Of a DNA stretch of 64,000 nucleotides, positions 9,828-19,936 are shown piece by piece; the first letter of the stretch is position 1; each line of letters begins with the position of its first letter. The stretch lies in IMG/VR virus record IMGVR_UViG_3300021171_000006, positions 27,354 through 91,353 of that record; one strand, written 5' to 3'. The translations under genes and the position numbers were made by a program. The DNA is from a virus. The notes under the pieces were generated by a model. That model was not told the DNA's origin and did no database searches. It worked only from the letters and a program-made list of their open reading frames with translations.

Positions 9828-10120
9828 GCGATCCGAAGGGCGAGCCCTACGTTGTCCGCCAGCCTGTCGCCCCCGCATGGAAGCGTTTTCATCGGCGTGG
9901 CGATTTCTGGCGCAACCCCATCATCGTAGCCGTGGTCGCAGGCCTGCTGATTAACGTGGTTTGGGCGGCGGGGGTCTACGCTTGGCAGCGCGGCATCGAA
10001 ACCACCAGGGAATATTGGAGGAGTTACGGTGCCGGGCTCGCCGCCGAGGGGCACTACACCAACAGCCCCGATAAGCTGCGCGAGATCATCGCCCGCGTCC
10101 AGGAGGCTAGGCCAAAGTGA
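9824..10120 (+). CDS. membrane protein
   Basis: single TM segment; TTGA overlap with upstream stop. Confidence 0.5.
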   Translation: MSDPKGEPYVVRQPVAPAWKRFHRRGDFWRNPIIVAVVAGLLINVVWAAGVYAWQRGIETTREYWRSYGAGLAAEGHYTNSPDKLREIIARVQEARPK

Positions 10121-10351
10121 ACTCGCACAACTTCCCCGAGGGCGCTGCGTCGCCTGCGGAACCCTTCGCACGCAGTTCGAGCACGCGCCGGACAAGAGCC
10201 CGTGCCCGTATGCTAAACCGCCGAGCGGGTTGCGACCCGAGCCAGCCGAGCATCGGTACGCTGTGAATGACCAAGCGACGATCGCCGCGCGACTGATCGA
10301 ACTGCGGGCAGAGCAAGAGGCGTCTTGGAACACGATTGAAGGGGAGACAGG

Positions 10352-10795
10352 ATGACGCGCTCAATTAACTCGGACGGTCTCGAAATCATCAAATCGGGCG
10401 AAGGGTTGCGCCTCACGGCCTATCTCGACCCGGCGGGCATCTGGACGATTGGCTACGGGCATACCCCCGCTCACCAGGGGCAGGTAGTCACGCAAGACCA
10501 GGCGGACGCGCTGCTCATCTCGGATATTGCTTGGGCTTCCGCAGCGATCGACAGCGCAACCCATGATGTAAGCACGACAGACAACCAATTTTCTGCTATG
10601 GTAAGCCTTGCGTTCAACATTGGTGCCGGTGCGTTCAAGGGATCTACGGTTTTGCGGCTTCATCGGGCGATGAAATATCAGGGTGCTGCAGATGCCTTCC
10701 TCCGCTGGGACAAGGCCCACGTCGATGGGGTGCTTGTGACCCTCGCTGGCCTAGCGAAGCGCCGGGAGCAAGAACGGGAGTTGTATCTGAAATGA
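10352..10795 (+). CDS. endolysin, GH24 phage lysozyme
   Basis: EGLRLTAYLDPAGIWTIGYGHT catalytic motif; FSAMVSLAFNIG; GLAKRREQE. Confidence 0.95.
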   Translation: MTRSINSDGLEIIKSGEGLRLTAYLDPAGIWTIGYGHTPAHQGQVVTQDQADALLISDIAWASAAIDSATHDVSTTDNQFSAMVSLAFNIGAGAFKGSTVLRLHRAMKYQGAADAFLRWDKAHVDGVLVTLAGLAKRREQERELYLK

Positions 10796-11064
10796 GTGAT
10801 GCAGAACAGCACGAACCCGATGGGATGGCGGCCTACGCTTTGGCCATCAAAAACTCTAGCCGAGACGATCCGAATTGGCCCTTACCATCCTTTGATGCGA
10901 AGGATTGGGCCGAAGCGTTTTGCAAGACGGCGGCAAAGTTGGGGCATCCCGGCATCGACGAGGAGTGGATGATCGGGTGGTTCGCCAATGCTCTGATGCG
11001 CGGCTACGATGAGGCGAACATGCGAACGTCAAGGGCCGCATCGGAGGCTAAGCGCGCGCTATGA
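10792..11064 (+). CDS. hypothetical protein
   Basis: ATGA overlaps; FDAKDWAEAF...MIGWFANALMRG. Confidence 0.6.
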   Translation: MSDAEQHEPDGMAAYALAIKNSSRDDPNWPLPSFDAKDWAEAFCKTAAKLGHPGIDEEWMIGWFANALMRGYDEANMRTSRAASEAKRAL

Positions 11065-11459
11065 ACCCCTCCCAACAACAGATCAACAGCGCCGTCCGCA
11101 CGCTCCTCGCCACATTGGGCGGCTTGGTCGCCGGATGGGCAATCGCCAAGGGGTACATTACTCAATCCGAGGCGGACTCGATCCTCTCCAATCAGCAGGT
11201 TATGGATTCGGTAACGACCGTCGTTCTCACGCTGCTAGGTTCAGCCGGAGCGGCTGGCGTCGGCATCTGGGGCCTCGTCGCCCACAAGCAGGCGAACGTT
11301 GTCGCAACTGTCGCCGCGATGCCCGAGGTGAACAAGGTCGAGATGGTGTCTACCGCAGCGGGGCTCAATCTCGCGGCAGCGGTCCCTTCGGCGCCGGGGT
11401 CGGTCGTGACGGTAGCCCCGCCATCAGCGATGCCGCCCCTGGGCAGCGTGGTAGCATAG
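11061..11459 (+). CDS. putative holin
   Basis: two TM segments, VRTLLATLGG..AKGYI; next to the endolysin. Confidence 0.65.
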   Translation: MNPSQQQINSAVRTLLATLGGLVAGWAIAKGYITQSEADSILSNQQVMDSVTTVVLTLLGSAGAAGVGIWGLVAHKQANVVATVAAMPEVNKVEMVSTAAGLNLAAAVPSAPGSVVTVAPPSAMPPLGSVVA

Positions 11460-11470
11460 GAGAACCCCGT

Positions 11471-11638
11471 ATGGGTCAATTCCTCTTGGTGCTTGCTGAC
11501 GTCCTTCTACTGGTCGCGTCTTTCATCTATCGGCCAAATCCTACGCCGCTCCACCCCCTCTTCCCCCACCTGGGATGGTTCGGGCTGTTCCTCTATGTGC
11601 TGGTCGCAGCCCTCGGAGCCTTCGGCATCGGTCGATGA
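11471..11638 (+). CDS. small two-TM membrane protein
   Basis: AGGAG RBS; hydrophobic sequence; HLGWFGL. Confidence 0.65.
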   Translation: MGQFLLVLADVLLLVASFIYRPNPTPLHPLFPHLGWFGLFLYVLVAALGAFGIGR

Positions 11639-11775
11639 ACCCGCTCATTCTGATCCTGCTCGTCCTCCTCCTTGTGGGAGGCTTCGGCGGCGGCACCTAC
11701 TACGGCGGCATGCACGTCGGCGGCGGGATCGGGCTCGTGCTGCTGGTCGTGATTATCATTTTGCTGTTTCGCTGA
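11635..11775 (+). CDS. DUF3309-like small membrane protein
   Basis: LILILLVLLLVGG...YYGG...GGGIGLVLLVVIIILL. Confidence 0.75.
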   Translation: MNPLILILLVLLLVGGFGGGTYYGGMHVGGGIGLVLLVVIIILLFR

Positions 11776-11877
11776 AAGGACCAACGCCGTGCGCCAACTC
11801 CTTGAGAAGATCCGCCGCCTGCTCACAGAGAAACGGCGTGCCGCTCCCGTGGCGGCTACAGCCTGAAAGGAAATGCC

Positions 11878-12375
11878 ATGACCCAAATCTCTCGCCGTGC
11901 GCTGCTGAGTTCGACAGCAATGATCCCGGTGGCGATCGCCGTAGATGGCTGCGCCGGCCTTACCTCCCTCCCGCAGTTCGCGACCGATGTCGAGAACATC
12001 GCCGGCATGCTCAGCAACGCCGCGCCGACACTCGGGACGCTGGCCGGGATCGGATCGGCCACGATTGCGAAGGTGCAGGGGCTTATCGCCACGGCGAAGA
12101 CCGTTGCCGCCTCGGTCACGGCAGCGGCAGCGGCGGGCGGCTCCGGCATCGGAGCGCTCGTCTCGGATTTCGCTGGCGTCTTCGGCTCGATCACGGCGGC
12201 TCTGGGAGTGAACGTTCCGGGCCTGTGGGGGACGGTCATCTCTGCCGGCGTGTCGCTGCTGCCGAGCATTCTGGGCGCAGCCGGCATTCCCCTGGCTGCC
12301 GGTCCCGGTGCTCCCGCCCCCACGATGCCCGTAGCGCAGGCGCGGGCGATCGCTGCGGCGCTGGCGGGTAAATGA
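11878..12375 (+). CDS. putative Tat-exported lipoprotein
   Basis: SRRALL twin-arginine motif, then AVDG|C. Confidence 0.65.
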   Translation: MTQISRRALLSSTAMIPVAIAVDGCAGLTSLPQFATDVENIAGMLSNAAPTLGTLAGIGSATIAKVQGLIATAKTVAASVTAAAAAGGSGIGALVSDFAGVFGSITAALGVNVPGLWGTVISAGVSLLPSILGAAGIPLAAGPGAPAPTMPVAQARAIAAALAGK

Positions 12376-12572
12376 TCCGCGCGCTCGTCCTGCTCGCCCC
12401 GCTGGCGCTCAGCGGGTGCGGGCTCGCACCAACGCTGATCCTGTCCATCGTCGGAGCCGGGTTGGAGTTCGGCGACAAGGTTCTGCAATTGGACCTGAGC
12501 GTGCAGCAGAACCAGCCGAACAAGTTGCCGATCTCCGCCATCGTCGCGCCGCAGCCGATGAGGACGCCATGA
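12372..12572 (+). CDS. small lipoprotein
   Basis: LSG|C lipobox. Confidence 0.65.
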   Translation: MIRALVLLAPLALSGCGLAPTLILSIVGAGLEFGDKVLQLDLSVQQNQPNKLPISAIVAPQPMRTP

Positions 12573-12778
12573 GTGCACCTGTGGTCTGGTTTATCGTGAT
12601 GAGCAGTTGTAGCAACTGCGCTGGTGATCCAGGAATTTTCCCCGGTTTCCAGGCACACTACGACAAGACCTATGTCGAAATGCCGTCGCAAGAAGCCTGC
12701 CTGGAAGCGCAGAAGCTGAATACCGGATCAGAGTGCTGGGCACGGCCAGGCACACCCAACGACATCAAATCTCGGTGA
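12569..12778 (+). CDS. small Cys-containing protein
   Basis: ATGA overlap; hydrophobic N-terminus; four Cys. Confidence 0.5.
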   Translation: MSAPVVWFIVMSSCSNCAGDPGIFPGFQAHYDKTYVEMPSQEACLEAQKLNTGSECWARPGTPNDIKSR

Positions 12779-12782
12779 TGCC

Positions 12783-12998
12783 ATGAACCCCGACATCCTC
12801 GGCACGGAGGCGGCTACGACGGTCGCCCGCACCGTTGCGCTTGCCCTGCTGCTCGCCCTTGCGGCATGTCAGGCGACGACGCCTGCCCCTCGTGGTCCCG
12901 ATATGCCGCAGGCTACCGGTGCGGGGCAGTATGAGCCGGGGTTCCATGCGTTTTGTCTCGCAAACCCGGCCGAGCCAGCCTGTCACTTAGGAAGGTAG
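12783..12998 (+). CDS. lipoprotein resembling the N-terminal segment of BTLCP
   Basis: LAA|C lipobox; PGFHAFCLANPAEPAC resembles the P.G...FC...P.EC motif. Confidence 0.6.
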   Translation: MNPDILGTEAATTVARTVALALLLALAACQATTPAPRGPDMPQATGAGQYEPGFHAFCLANPAEPACHLGR

Positions 12999-13002
12999 GT
13001 CA

Positions 13003-13030
13003 TGCGTTTTTATTGTGTCTTAATGGAGAC
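13003..13030 (+). other. dif-like 11-6-11 site S1
   Basis: tgcgtttttat tgtgtc ttaatggagac; 13011-13029 is identical to 32921-32939. Confidence 0.55.
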
Positions 13031-13038
13031 GTTACCCC

Positions 13039-13425
13039 ATGAGCACCCCTCAATGGTTCGCCGAGTTTGAGCGGCAAGAGGCGATGCGCGATGAACGTAT
13101 AGATATCATCCGAGGCGATATGGAGCGTCGGAAGAGCCTGCGCCATTTTGGCGATCCATGCGTTCATTGTGGAATAACTCACGACGACGTTGCACCAGGC
13201 CCGTGTCTCGGCGATCCCACCAAAGCGGTAGTGGTTGCCTATTGCGTATGGCGGCAAGCGTACCAAAACCCAGGAAGCGGCTGCGATACGATACGGTGCG
13301 CAATGAGCGATGGAACCATTAAAGACGACGCGAGGCACCCGGCCGAACACTGGCCATACAACGTTTGGTTTGCGCGAGCCCGCGTGCTCTCTCGCACCGA
13401 ATTTCAAAAGTTATATCCCCGTTAA
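13039..13425 (+). CDS. cassette-like hypothetical protein
   Basis: flanked by S1 and S2; CxxC motif; stop codon lies inside S2. Confidence 0.65.
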   Translation: MSTPQWFAEFERQEAMRDERIDIIRGDMERRKSLRHFGDPCVHCGITHDDVAPGPCLGDPTKAVVVAYCVWRQAYQNPGSGCDTIRCAMSDGTIKDDARHPAEHWPYNVWFARARVLSRTEFQKLYPR

Positions 13426-13442
13426 GGTCCATTAAAATGCCC
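13415..13442 (-). other. dif-like site S2 (inverted)
   Basis: reverse complement gggcattttaa tggacc ttaacggggat. Confidence 0.5.
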
Positions 13443-13835
13443 GCTTCCCAAGAGCAACTGTCCCAACTCACGGCCACCAACGCGAGCGTGAACGCTGTGC
13501 CCTACGTTGCGGATAATCCGGCATTCGGCGAGTTGCCAGATACGTGGAAGGTCCGCCCCGATGGAAAGGGGTTTTTATGTCGGGACTACGCCATCGCCAA
13601 AGCGACTGAGTTGGTCGACCAGGGGTGGCCGAAAGCTGATCTCTCGGTCGTGCTCTGCTACGACGAGTTGGGGGATTATCACGCTGTCTTGGCTGCCGAG
13701 GCTGGCGGAGAGACATGGATCCTCGACAACCGCTACCCGAAGCCGTATCGCTGGGACGAGCCCCCGTACCCGTACAAATGGGCGCTGCGCCAAGTTGCGG
13801 GAACGGACGAGTTCCGGGATATATCGCAGGCATGA
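13437..13835 (+). CDS. transglutaminase-like cysteine peptidase (BTLCP / peptidase C93) catalytic domain
   Basis: NASVN..., CRDYAIAK, HAVL, ILDN give a Cys-His-Asp triad. Confidence 0.85.
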   Translation: MPASQEQLSQLTATNASVNAVPYVADNPAFGELPDTWKVRPDGKGFLCRDYAIAKATELVDQGWPKADLSVVLCYDELGDYHAVLAAEAGGETWILDNRYPKPYRWDEPPYPYKWALRQVAGTDEFRDISQA

Positions 13836-14515
13836 AGCGTCCCCTCGCCATCTTCCTCCTCGCTGCGCTCGCCGGCTGTGGCAGCGGCGGCGGCCCTCCA
13901 CCTCCCCCTCCGCCCGTCGTCACCATCCCGGATCTCTCCGTGTACCTGGTGGGAGACGGCGCCTTCTCGGACGGCCAGGATCAGGTCGAGTACAGCTTTT
14001 CGGACCCTCGCGGTTTCTGGGTCACGGCATGGACCTACCCGACCCATCCGGCAGATAACGGGGGCGAGGTCTACGTGAGCGACGGCACGACCGTCTCGAT
14101 TTGCTGCACCCAGGACGGCAGTCAGCCGGGCATCCAGCGCTTCGCCGAGTGGGGCTTGTTCAACAAATACACGATCCCTTGCTCGCAAGGCTGGACGCAG
14201 GTGGATTCCCTCGGGCGCGCGTGCGAGGCTACCGTGACATATCCGGGCGGCCTCGTCGCCGACTCGATCATCAGCGAGCACTACAGCCAGCCTACTCAAG
14301 GCGGCGATATGGAGCGGTTCTACTTCGCCAGGGGGCGTAAAACCTGGGAGGCGTATAACTTCGCCGCACCGCGTGATGGAATGCCGCTTGTTGGGCCGAC
14401 TGGTGGGCCGCCGGTCGATGCCGGTGTCAGGCCGTTGTCGGATCGCCGGGTGCTCACTATTCCGGTCGCCGGGACTCCGGGAACGGACTGGCCGCCGACG
14501 GGATTCGTGCCGTGA
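13832..14515 (+). CDS. lipoprotein
   Basis: MKRPLAIFLLAALAG|C followed by a poly-Pro linker. Confidence 0.7.
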   Translation: MKRPLAIFLLAALAGCGSGGGPPPPPPPVVTIPDLSVYLVGDGAFSDGQDQVEYSFSDPRGFWVTAWTYPTHPADNGGEVYVSDGTTVSICCTQDGSQPGIQRFAEWGLFNKYTIPCSQGWTQVDSLGRACEATVTYPGGLVADSIISEHYSQPTQGGDMERFYFARGRKTWEAYNFAAPRDGMPLVGPTGGPPVDAGVRPLSDRRVLTIPVAGTPGTDWPPTGFVP

Positions 14516-14736
14516 GCGTCATCCTACAATCGTGGCCGCTGCAACTCACCATCGTGTTCGTGATCGCCGGCAGCGTCTTTGCAGCGCATGAGGGTTGGGC
14601 ACTCATCACCCATCGCCAGACCCTCACCGAATGGATCAGGGCGACGACCAAGCGCTTCCCGATCTTCATTTTTTTGACGGGCGCTTTCGTAGGATGGTTT
14701 TTCCAGCACTTATGGGGTTCTCCGCCTTGCCAATGA
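14512..14736 (+). CDS. small membrane protein
   Basis: two TM segments. Confidence 0.6.
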   Translation: MSVILQSWPLQLTIVFVIAGSVFAAHEGWALITHRQTLTEWIRATTKRFPIFIFLTGAFVGWFFQHLWGSPPCQ

Positions 14737-15503
14737 TCGACAAATTGCCAACGTCAATGACGGCGGCAAAGGCAATAAAGGCACCATTTTACTATACGGG
14801 CAGACCCTGCTCGCGCGGGCATTTAGCTAAACGCCGCACGGGGAATGGCACATGCAGTGCATGTAAAAATGCGTGGCGACCAACAGTGTTTCGGGATGCT
14901 GTCGCTAAAGCCTGTGCAAAATGTGGAGAAGTTAAACCGCCCAGCGAATTTTATGATCATCCGGTAGCTAAAGATCGGAAACAAGGGAGTTGTCGGCAAT
15001 GTGTTGCCATCGCTCATCGATTGCGGATGGAACGCCCCGGCATTCGAGAAAAACGCAATGCATATTTTCGGGAATATGGGAGGACGCCGCATAGGCGGGA
15101 GCGGCAGGCTATTGCTGTGCGAAAGCCCGAGAGACTTGCGAAGGTCAAAGAATATAATCAACGTCCAGAGGTGAAAGAGAGGGTGGCTAGGGGAGCGCGC
15201 GCGAGACGTGCTCTAAATCCCCTCCCGCATCGGGCGGATAGTAAAAACCGTAAGGCGCTTAAGCGGGCTGGGCGCAGTAGTGTCTCAACGAAGCAGATAG
15301 TTGAGCTTCTGGCCCTCGCCAAAAAGTGCCCCGACTGCGGTCGGCGGTTCTGCAAAGCGCGACCAAAGACCATCGATCATGTGATGGCGCTCTCGCGTGG
15401 CGGAGAGCACCGGATCGATAACCTCCGGGTGATCTGCGGCTCCTGTAATTCAAGCAAGAGCGCGAGAGCATTCTCATCAAATGGTCAGGGGATTCTCCTT
15501 TGA
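14733..15503 (+). CDS. HNH endonuclease
   Basis: YYTGRPCSRGH zinc motif; CPDC...TIDHVMALSRGGEHRIDNLRVICGSCNSSK. Confidence 0.9.
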   Translation: MIDKLPTSMTAAKAIKAPFYYTGRPCSRGHLAKRRTGNGTCSACKNAWRPTVFRDAVAKACAKCGEVKPPSEFYDHPVAKDRKQGSCRQCVAIAHRLRMERPGIREKRNAYFREYGRTPHRRERQAIAVRKPERLAKVKEYNQRPEVKERVARGARARRALNPLPHRADSKNRKALKRAGRSSVSTKQIVELLALAKKCPDCGRRFCKARPKTIDHVMALSRGGEHRIDNLRVICGSCNSSKSARAFSSNGQGILL

Positions 15504-17576
15504 CACATCTCTATGGCGGGATGCCTTGCACATGACGATCTTCGACGGCGCAGAGGACGACTGGACCGAAACCGAGCGCCGGGATCACAGCGGGTCGATC
15601 CCCGCTTCGTCGGCCATCATAAGCCAATCACGGATAGCCTCTCGACTATCGAGGCGGTCGATCCATGCGCGAAGTTCGTCAATGCTAGGCCCCCGCCACG
15701 ACGGCGCAGCAATCCACTGCCGAAGGTATGCCCGCATCGCGGCGACGTGGGTGCTCGACATTTCGGTGCCCGTGAGATAGGCCTCGACGGCGGGGCGCAA
15801 AGCTCCGCTTGTTTCGTTCATCCAATAGCCCGGCGCATCGATCACGCCAACCCGCCGATCCTGGCGCACCATTCCCTCCGGTGCTCCTCGCTGAAGAACC
15901 AGAAGGTCACCGCCGAGTCGCTGTCGTCGAGCGCATTCGGCGCGGTTAGATCTTCCGGGGATTTGAGGAAGATCCTGATGCCGACGAAATCGCCGGATTG
16001 GGTGCGCTTCGATACGAGCTCGACGCGACCTGTGATCTCCTCGGCGTAGCAATTCAGACGGCTCATTTTCGGCCCTCCTCAGACTTTTGTGGTTGAGCGT
16101 CCGGCGGAATATGAATGTGTTGCCGATCCGCGATGCTCCTCACTGTCCGACAGACAGATTCGGGATCATCGTCCCCCATTACTACGTCTCGGTCATCATG
16201 GGCAGTGTTTCGGATCACCAGCGTAATCTTGATGTCGTCTCGGAATAGTTTGCGGATATCATCCAATCGCCAGCCAAGTTCGGCGCGGAGAACCCGCAGG
16301 CTTTCGGCTGTAGAGGCCATAGGATTTTTCCTTTTACGGTTGAGTATGAGCGATTGTGCGGTAGATCTCGCGAGCCCGCCGCTCGCATCCGGCGGGCACC
16401 GGCCTGCGCCTATCGGGCCAAAGGTAGCCGTGGAAGAAGATTTCTGCCGCTCGGGCCGGGTCGCGTTCGGCCAGGAGCCGATCCAGCGTGCCGAACTCGC
16501 GGAGCTCGGTGAAGATGTGGCCGATCTGCGCCTGCCCGTCGCTCCAATGGCGACCGAGGACAGCGCGGGCACGTTTGCGCCGCTTGCCGGTCCACGCCCC
16601 GAAGCCCTCTCCGAGACGGCTGCTCGCGGTGGGATCGAGGCCGGGCCCGACTTCTCGTTCGAAATGTGCGATCAGGCCGGCAGAGCAGGCCAGATGGCAA
16701 TGATGCACGGCGAGGGCCGCGACGAGGGCGAGCATCTTCATTTCGCAGCGATGGGCGGTTAATCCGCGAGCGCCGCGTCGATCATCGCGCGCCAGAGATG
16801 GGCAGCCTTCTCTCGCGTATCGCCGACATCGGCCCAGATCGCCAGCATAGTCTCGGTCGGCTCGCGCATCGCCGCGATGGCCGCGCGGGCATCGGCACGA
16901 TAGTATTCTTGTCCTCTTTTTGGTAACGCATCCCATGTCCTGACAAAGCTACCGCGTCGTTTAGCTAGGCGCTCGTAAGGCGCTCGTGCGACGCGCTCGA
17001 CCATCTCGTTCATCACGGCACTCCCTTGTGTCTGAGACCTGGGGTGTGCTGTTTCCCGCGCGATCCGGGCGATGGCCTGGCGCTCGGGCTCGGCGATCGT
17101 GCTGCCCTCAACACGACCATCCGCCAACCCCCGCGCATAGCCTTTCTCTTCTTCTCTTTGCAGAGCGATAACGTGCTCAGATTGCTGGCGGTAATAGCGC
17201 CGGTCGGCATCGCTATCTTCGGCAAGGTGGCGTTCGTGGAGTTCAGACATTTCGCGATACTTGGCGATGTCGATCTGACATGCCGCATATGCCATCTCGT
17301 CTCGCCCGAAGTGAAGGGTGGCGGCCTCTCGATCCGTAAAGGTTTCCCCGCAGTGGAAACACGTCCACCTCTCGATGATGCTGCCCTCCTTATCCGGCGG
17401 AGGAATAAACTCTCCGATTTTAGAAAAGTGATCGTCACCTAGTGTTATTCCGTGATCTCTCGCACACAACGACCATTCACCGAGATGGGACCAATAAGCA
17501 ACCTGAGGCCAACCCTCACCGACCGTTACCCAGTAGAATCCGGCCGATCTCTCTGAGGGTCTATCGTTACGTTCGC

Positions 17577-18767
17577 TCATCGCTTAGGTCCTCCGCTCTC
17601 AATCGCTATCACGGTCGCGCTGATATCGGGATGCGTCGCATGTGCTCGTGCCCACCACGCGCAGCGCTGACGCTCCCGCTCAGTGCCCTCGATGACGCCG
17701 GCAGCGTGGGCCTCGCGCCGGTTTGCAGCGACAGCCTCCTCCCGAAGCCTGCGGGATTCCTCCACATATCCCGCTCGGGCCTCGCGCTCGGCCTGCTCGA
17801 CGAGGCGGGCATAGTAGGCAAGCGTATCCGGTAAGCTCCCGCGAGCTACTTCGTCTTCGGCTGCATCACGATAAGCCTTGTAGACGCGCTCCATCGCCGA
17901 GGTGCCGGGCGGGGCCGTCTCCGCAGGCACATCAAACGCAGGATTTAGCGCTTTGTCCGACAAGTCTTCAGTCAAATGTAAAAATGTTGGGAGATCAACA
18001 AATCGACAGAAGACAGCGACGTTCATTTTACGGGCAATCTCTAGCAACGTTCTAAGGCTCCACCCGCTATATGCCGGATTCTCCAGGCGCCCAATGATCG
18101 TTTTTTGCGTGTCAAGGTTCGCGGCAAATTCTTCCTGTGAACGATTACCACGAAAATTACGCATCTGCTGTGCGAGGACGCCTCGCGTATGTGAGGCCAC
18201 ATAGCCATCGCGATAGGTCTTGTCGCTAAAGTTTTCCGTGAGGATAGCAATGCGACGCGAGGCGCCGGGCTGGGCCGCCACCCGCCGATCTTTGCCACCC
18301 CGACGCTCGGTCCCATCGTCGCGCGGCACGATCCCCTGTCGGCGCCCTTGGCCTATTCGGCGGTCTTTCGTCTTCCAAGGGGCCAACGGCTCGTATACGT
18401 CGAGTTTGGCCGTCTCTGCTTTGATACGGACCTTCAGCGTCTCGCAGTCCTTCGTCAGCCGCGCGATCTCCCCGACCAGCCACTCGGTCATCTGCGCCAT
18501 GTCCGGCAGGACCAACTCGTTGCCGGGGTGCGCCGCGCGCCACGCCTCGACGCCCCGCATCTGTGCCTCCCAGAAGCGGTCGAAGCGCTGCCGCCAATCG
18601 GCGACCTCGGCTCGCTCCGTATCGAGGAGGCGGAGCAAAAAATGACACGCACCACAAGAGTCGCCCGCACTTTCCCCCTTTTCCCTGACACCGGGCATAA
18701 GTAGCCACTCGCGAATCTGCGCCTCATGCTCTGCGTCGACCGTCTCCGGGGTGGGGTCAGCCGGCAT
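17577..18767 (-). CDS. mosaic protein with internal XRE-type HTH
   Basis: LAQQMRNFRGNRSQEEFAANLDTQKTIIGRLENPAYSGWSLRTLLEIA. Confidence 0.6.
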   Translation of the reverse strand: MPADPTPETVDAEHEAQIREWLLMPGVREKGESAGDSCGACHFLLRLLDTERAEVADWRQRFDRFWEAQMRGVEAWRAAHPGNELVLPDMAQMTEWLVGEIARLTKDCETLKVRIKAETAKLDVYEPLAPWKTKDRRIGQGRRQGIVPRDDGTERRGGKDRRVAAQPGASRRIAILTENFSDKTYRDGYVASHTRGVLAQQMRNFRGNRSQEEFAANLDTQKTIIGRLENPAYSGWSLRTLLEIARKMNVAVFCRFVDLPTFLHLTEDLSDKALNPAFDVPAETAPPGTSAMERVYKAYRDAAEDEVARGSLPDTLAYYARLVEQAEREARAGYVEESRRLREEAVAANRREAHAAGVIEGTERERQRCAWWARAHATHPDISATVIAIESGGPKR

Positions 18768-19936
18768 CGTCGGCTCCTGTTTTCGGTGCGCGATGATCCA
18801 TCAGTTTCAGCCGCGGTGCTGGTGTCGGCGCCTTGACATCGGCCGCCTCCCGTTTCCGCCAGCGCCGCGTGTCGTGCGACCACTCGTAATCCTCGATTCG
18901 GATCAGGCCACGCATGAACGGCTCGCCGGCGAGTTGCACTTCGTACTTCCCAGCCGGATCCTTCGTCATGATCTTGGCGATCATGGTCTGCGATGGAGCG
19001 TCTACCGAGTGCGCCGTGATCTCGACGAGATCGCCTGCTGCGGCGTGGACATCAGGCATATCATTTCCTCCAGAGGGCGGCATCGCGCAGCAGTGGTGCG
19101 AGCCGGGCGGCGGCTTGGGTTTGCATTGGCATGGTCATTTACTCCGCTTGATATGTGCACGATCGGCCTTGCCATCGAGAGGCGCAAGCACCCGCTGGGG
19201 GATGCCCTGGCAATGCCAGATGATCCGCAGGCAGTCGGCGCAGTTGATCTTGCCGCGCGCTACGGGCTCGACGCCGCTGTCGCCCTCGCCCTCAACACAA
19301 GATCCCTCATAGGCGTAGCCGCACAGGGTCGCGTCGAAAGCGGCATTATCCGCATGGATCACCCAACCCCCCTCTGTGCGCTCCCGAAGTCGCTGGAAGG
19401 TCATCTTAGGTTATCAATCTGCCGTTGGATATCGGCCTCACTCCTTGAATGCGGCTCGTATCGTGGCGACGAGAGCGGGGACGAGCATCCGCGCCAACTC
19501 ATCATCGCTGACCGCGCTGCCAGCCTCGACCGGGGCCGGCTCCGGTATGTCGGTGCGCTCCCGCAGGCTGTACGACAGGGCGATATAGAGGCAATCGACG
19601 GCGCGCTGGGTCAGCCTCAGATCCCATGACCTCCCCGCCGGCATGGGGCGGCCGGCGATGGTGGCAGGGAGTCCGTCCATGAGGGCGCGGCAGTCGCGAT
19701 CCCACTCGGCGCTGCGGATGTTCTTGCTCATGCTGATACTCTCTACCGGAGAGCGTCGATCCGGCGCTGGATCTCGGCCTCGCCAAGGATCAGCCAAGCC
19801 GGATCGTTGAAGGCGTGAAAGGCAAAGGCGGCCTTCGCATGGTCGAGATCGGGCGCCAACTCTAGGCATGAGGGCCAGAGGATCTCCATGTCGATCGCGC
19901 GCTGCCGAGCGGCCCACCAGGCGCGGAGCCAGCGGA

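Noticed and set aside
13422-13435. CtrA box
   Set aside because: Spacing is TTAA-N6-TTAA rather than N7; it is better explained as site S2.
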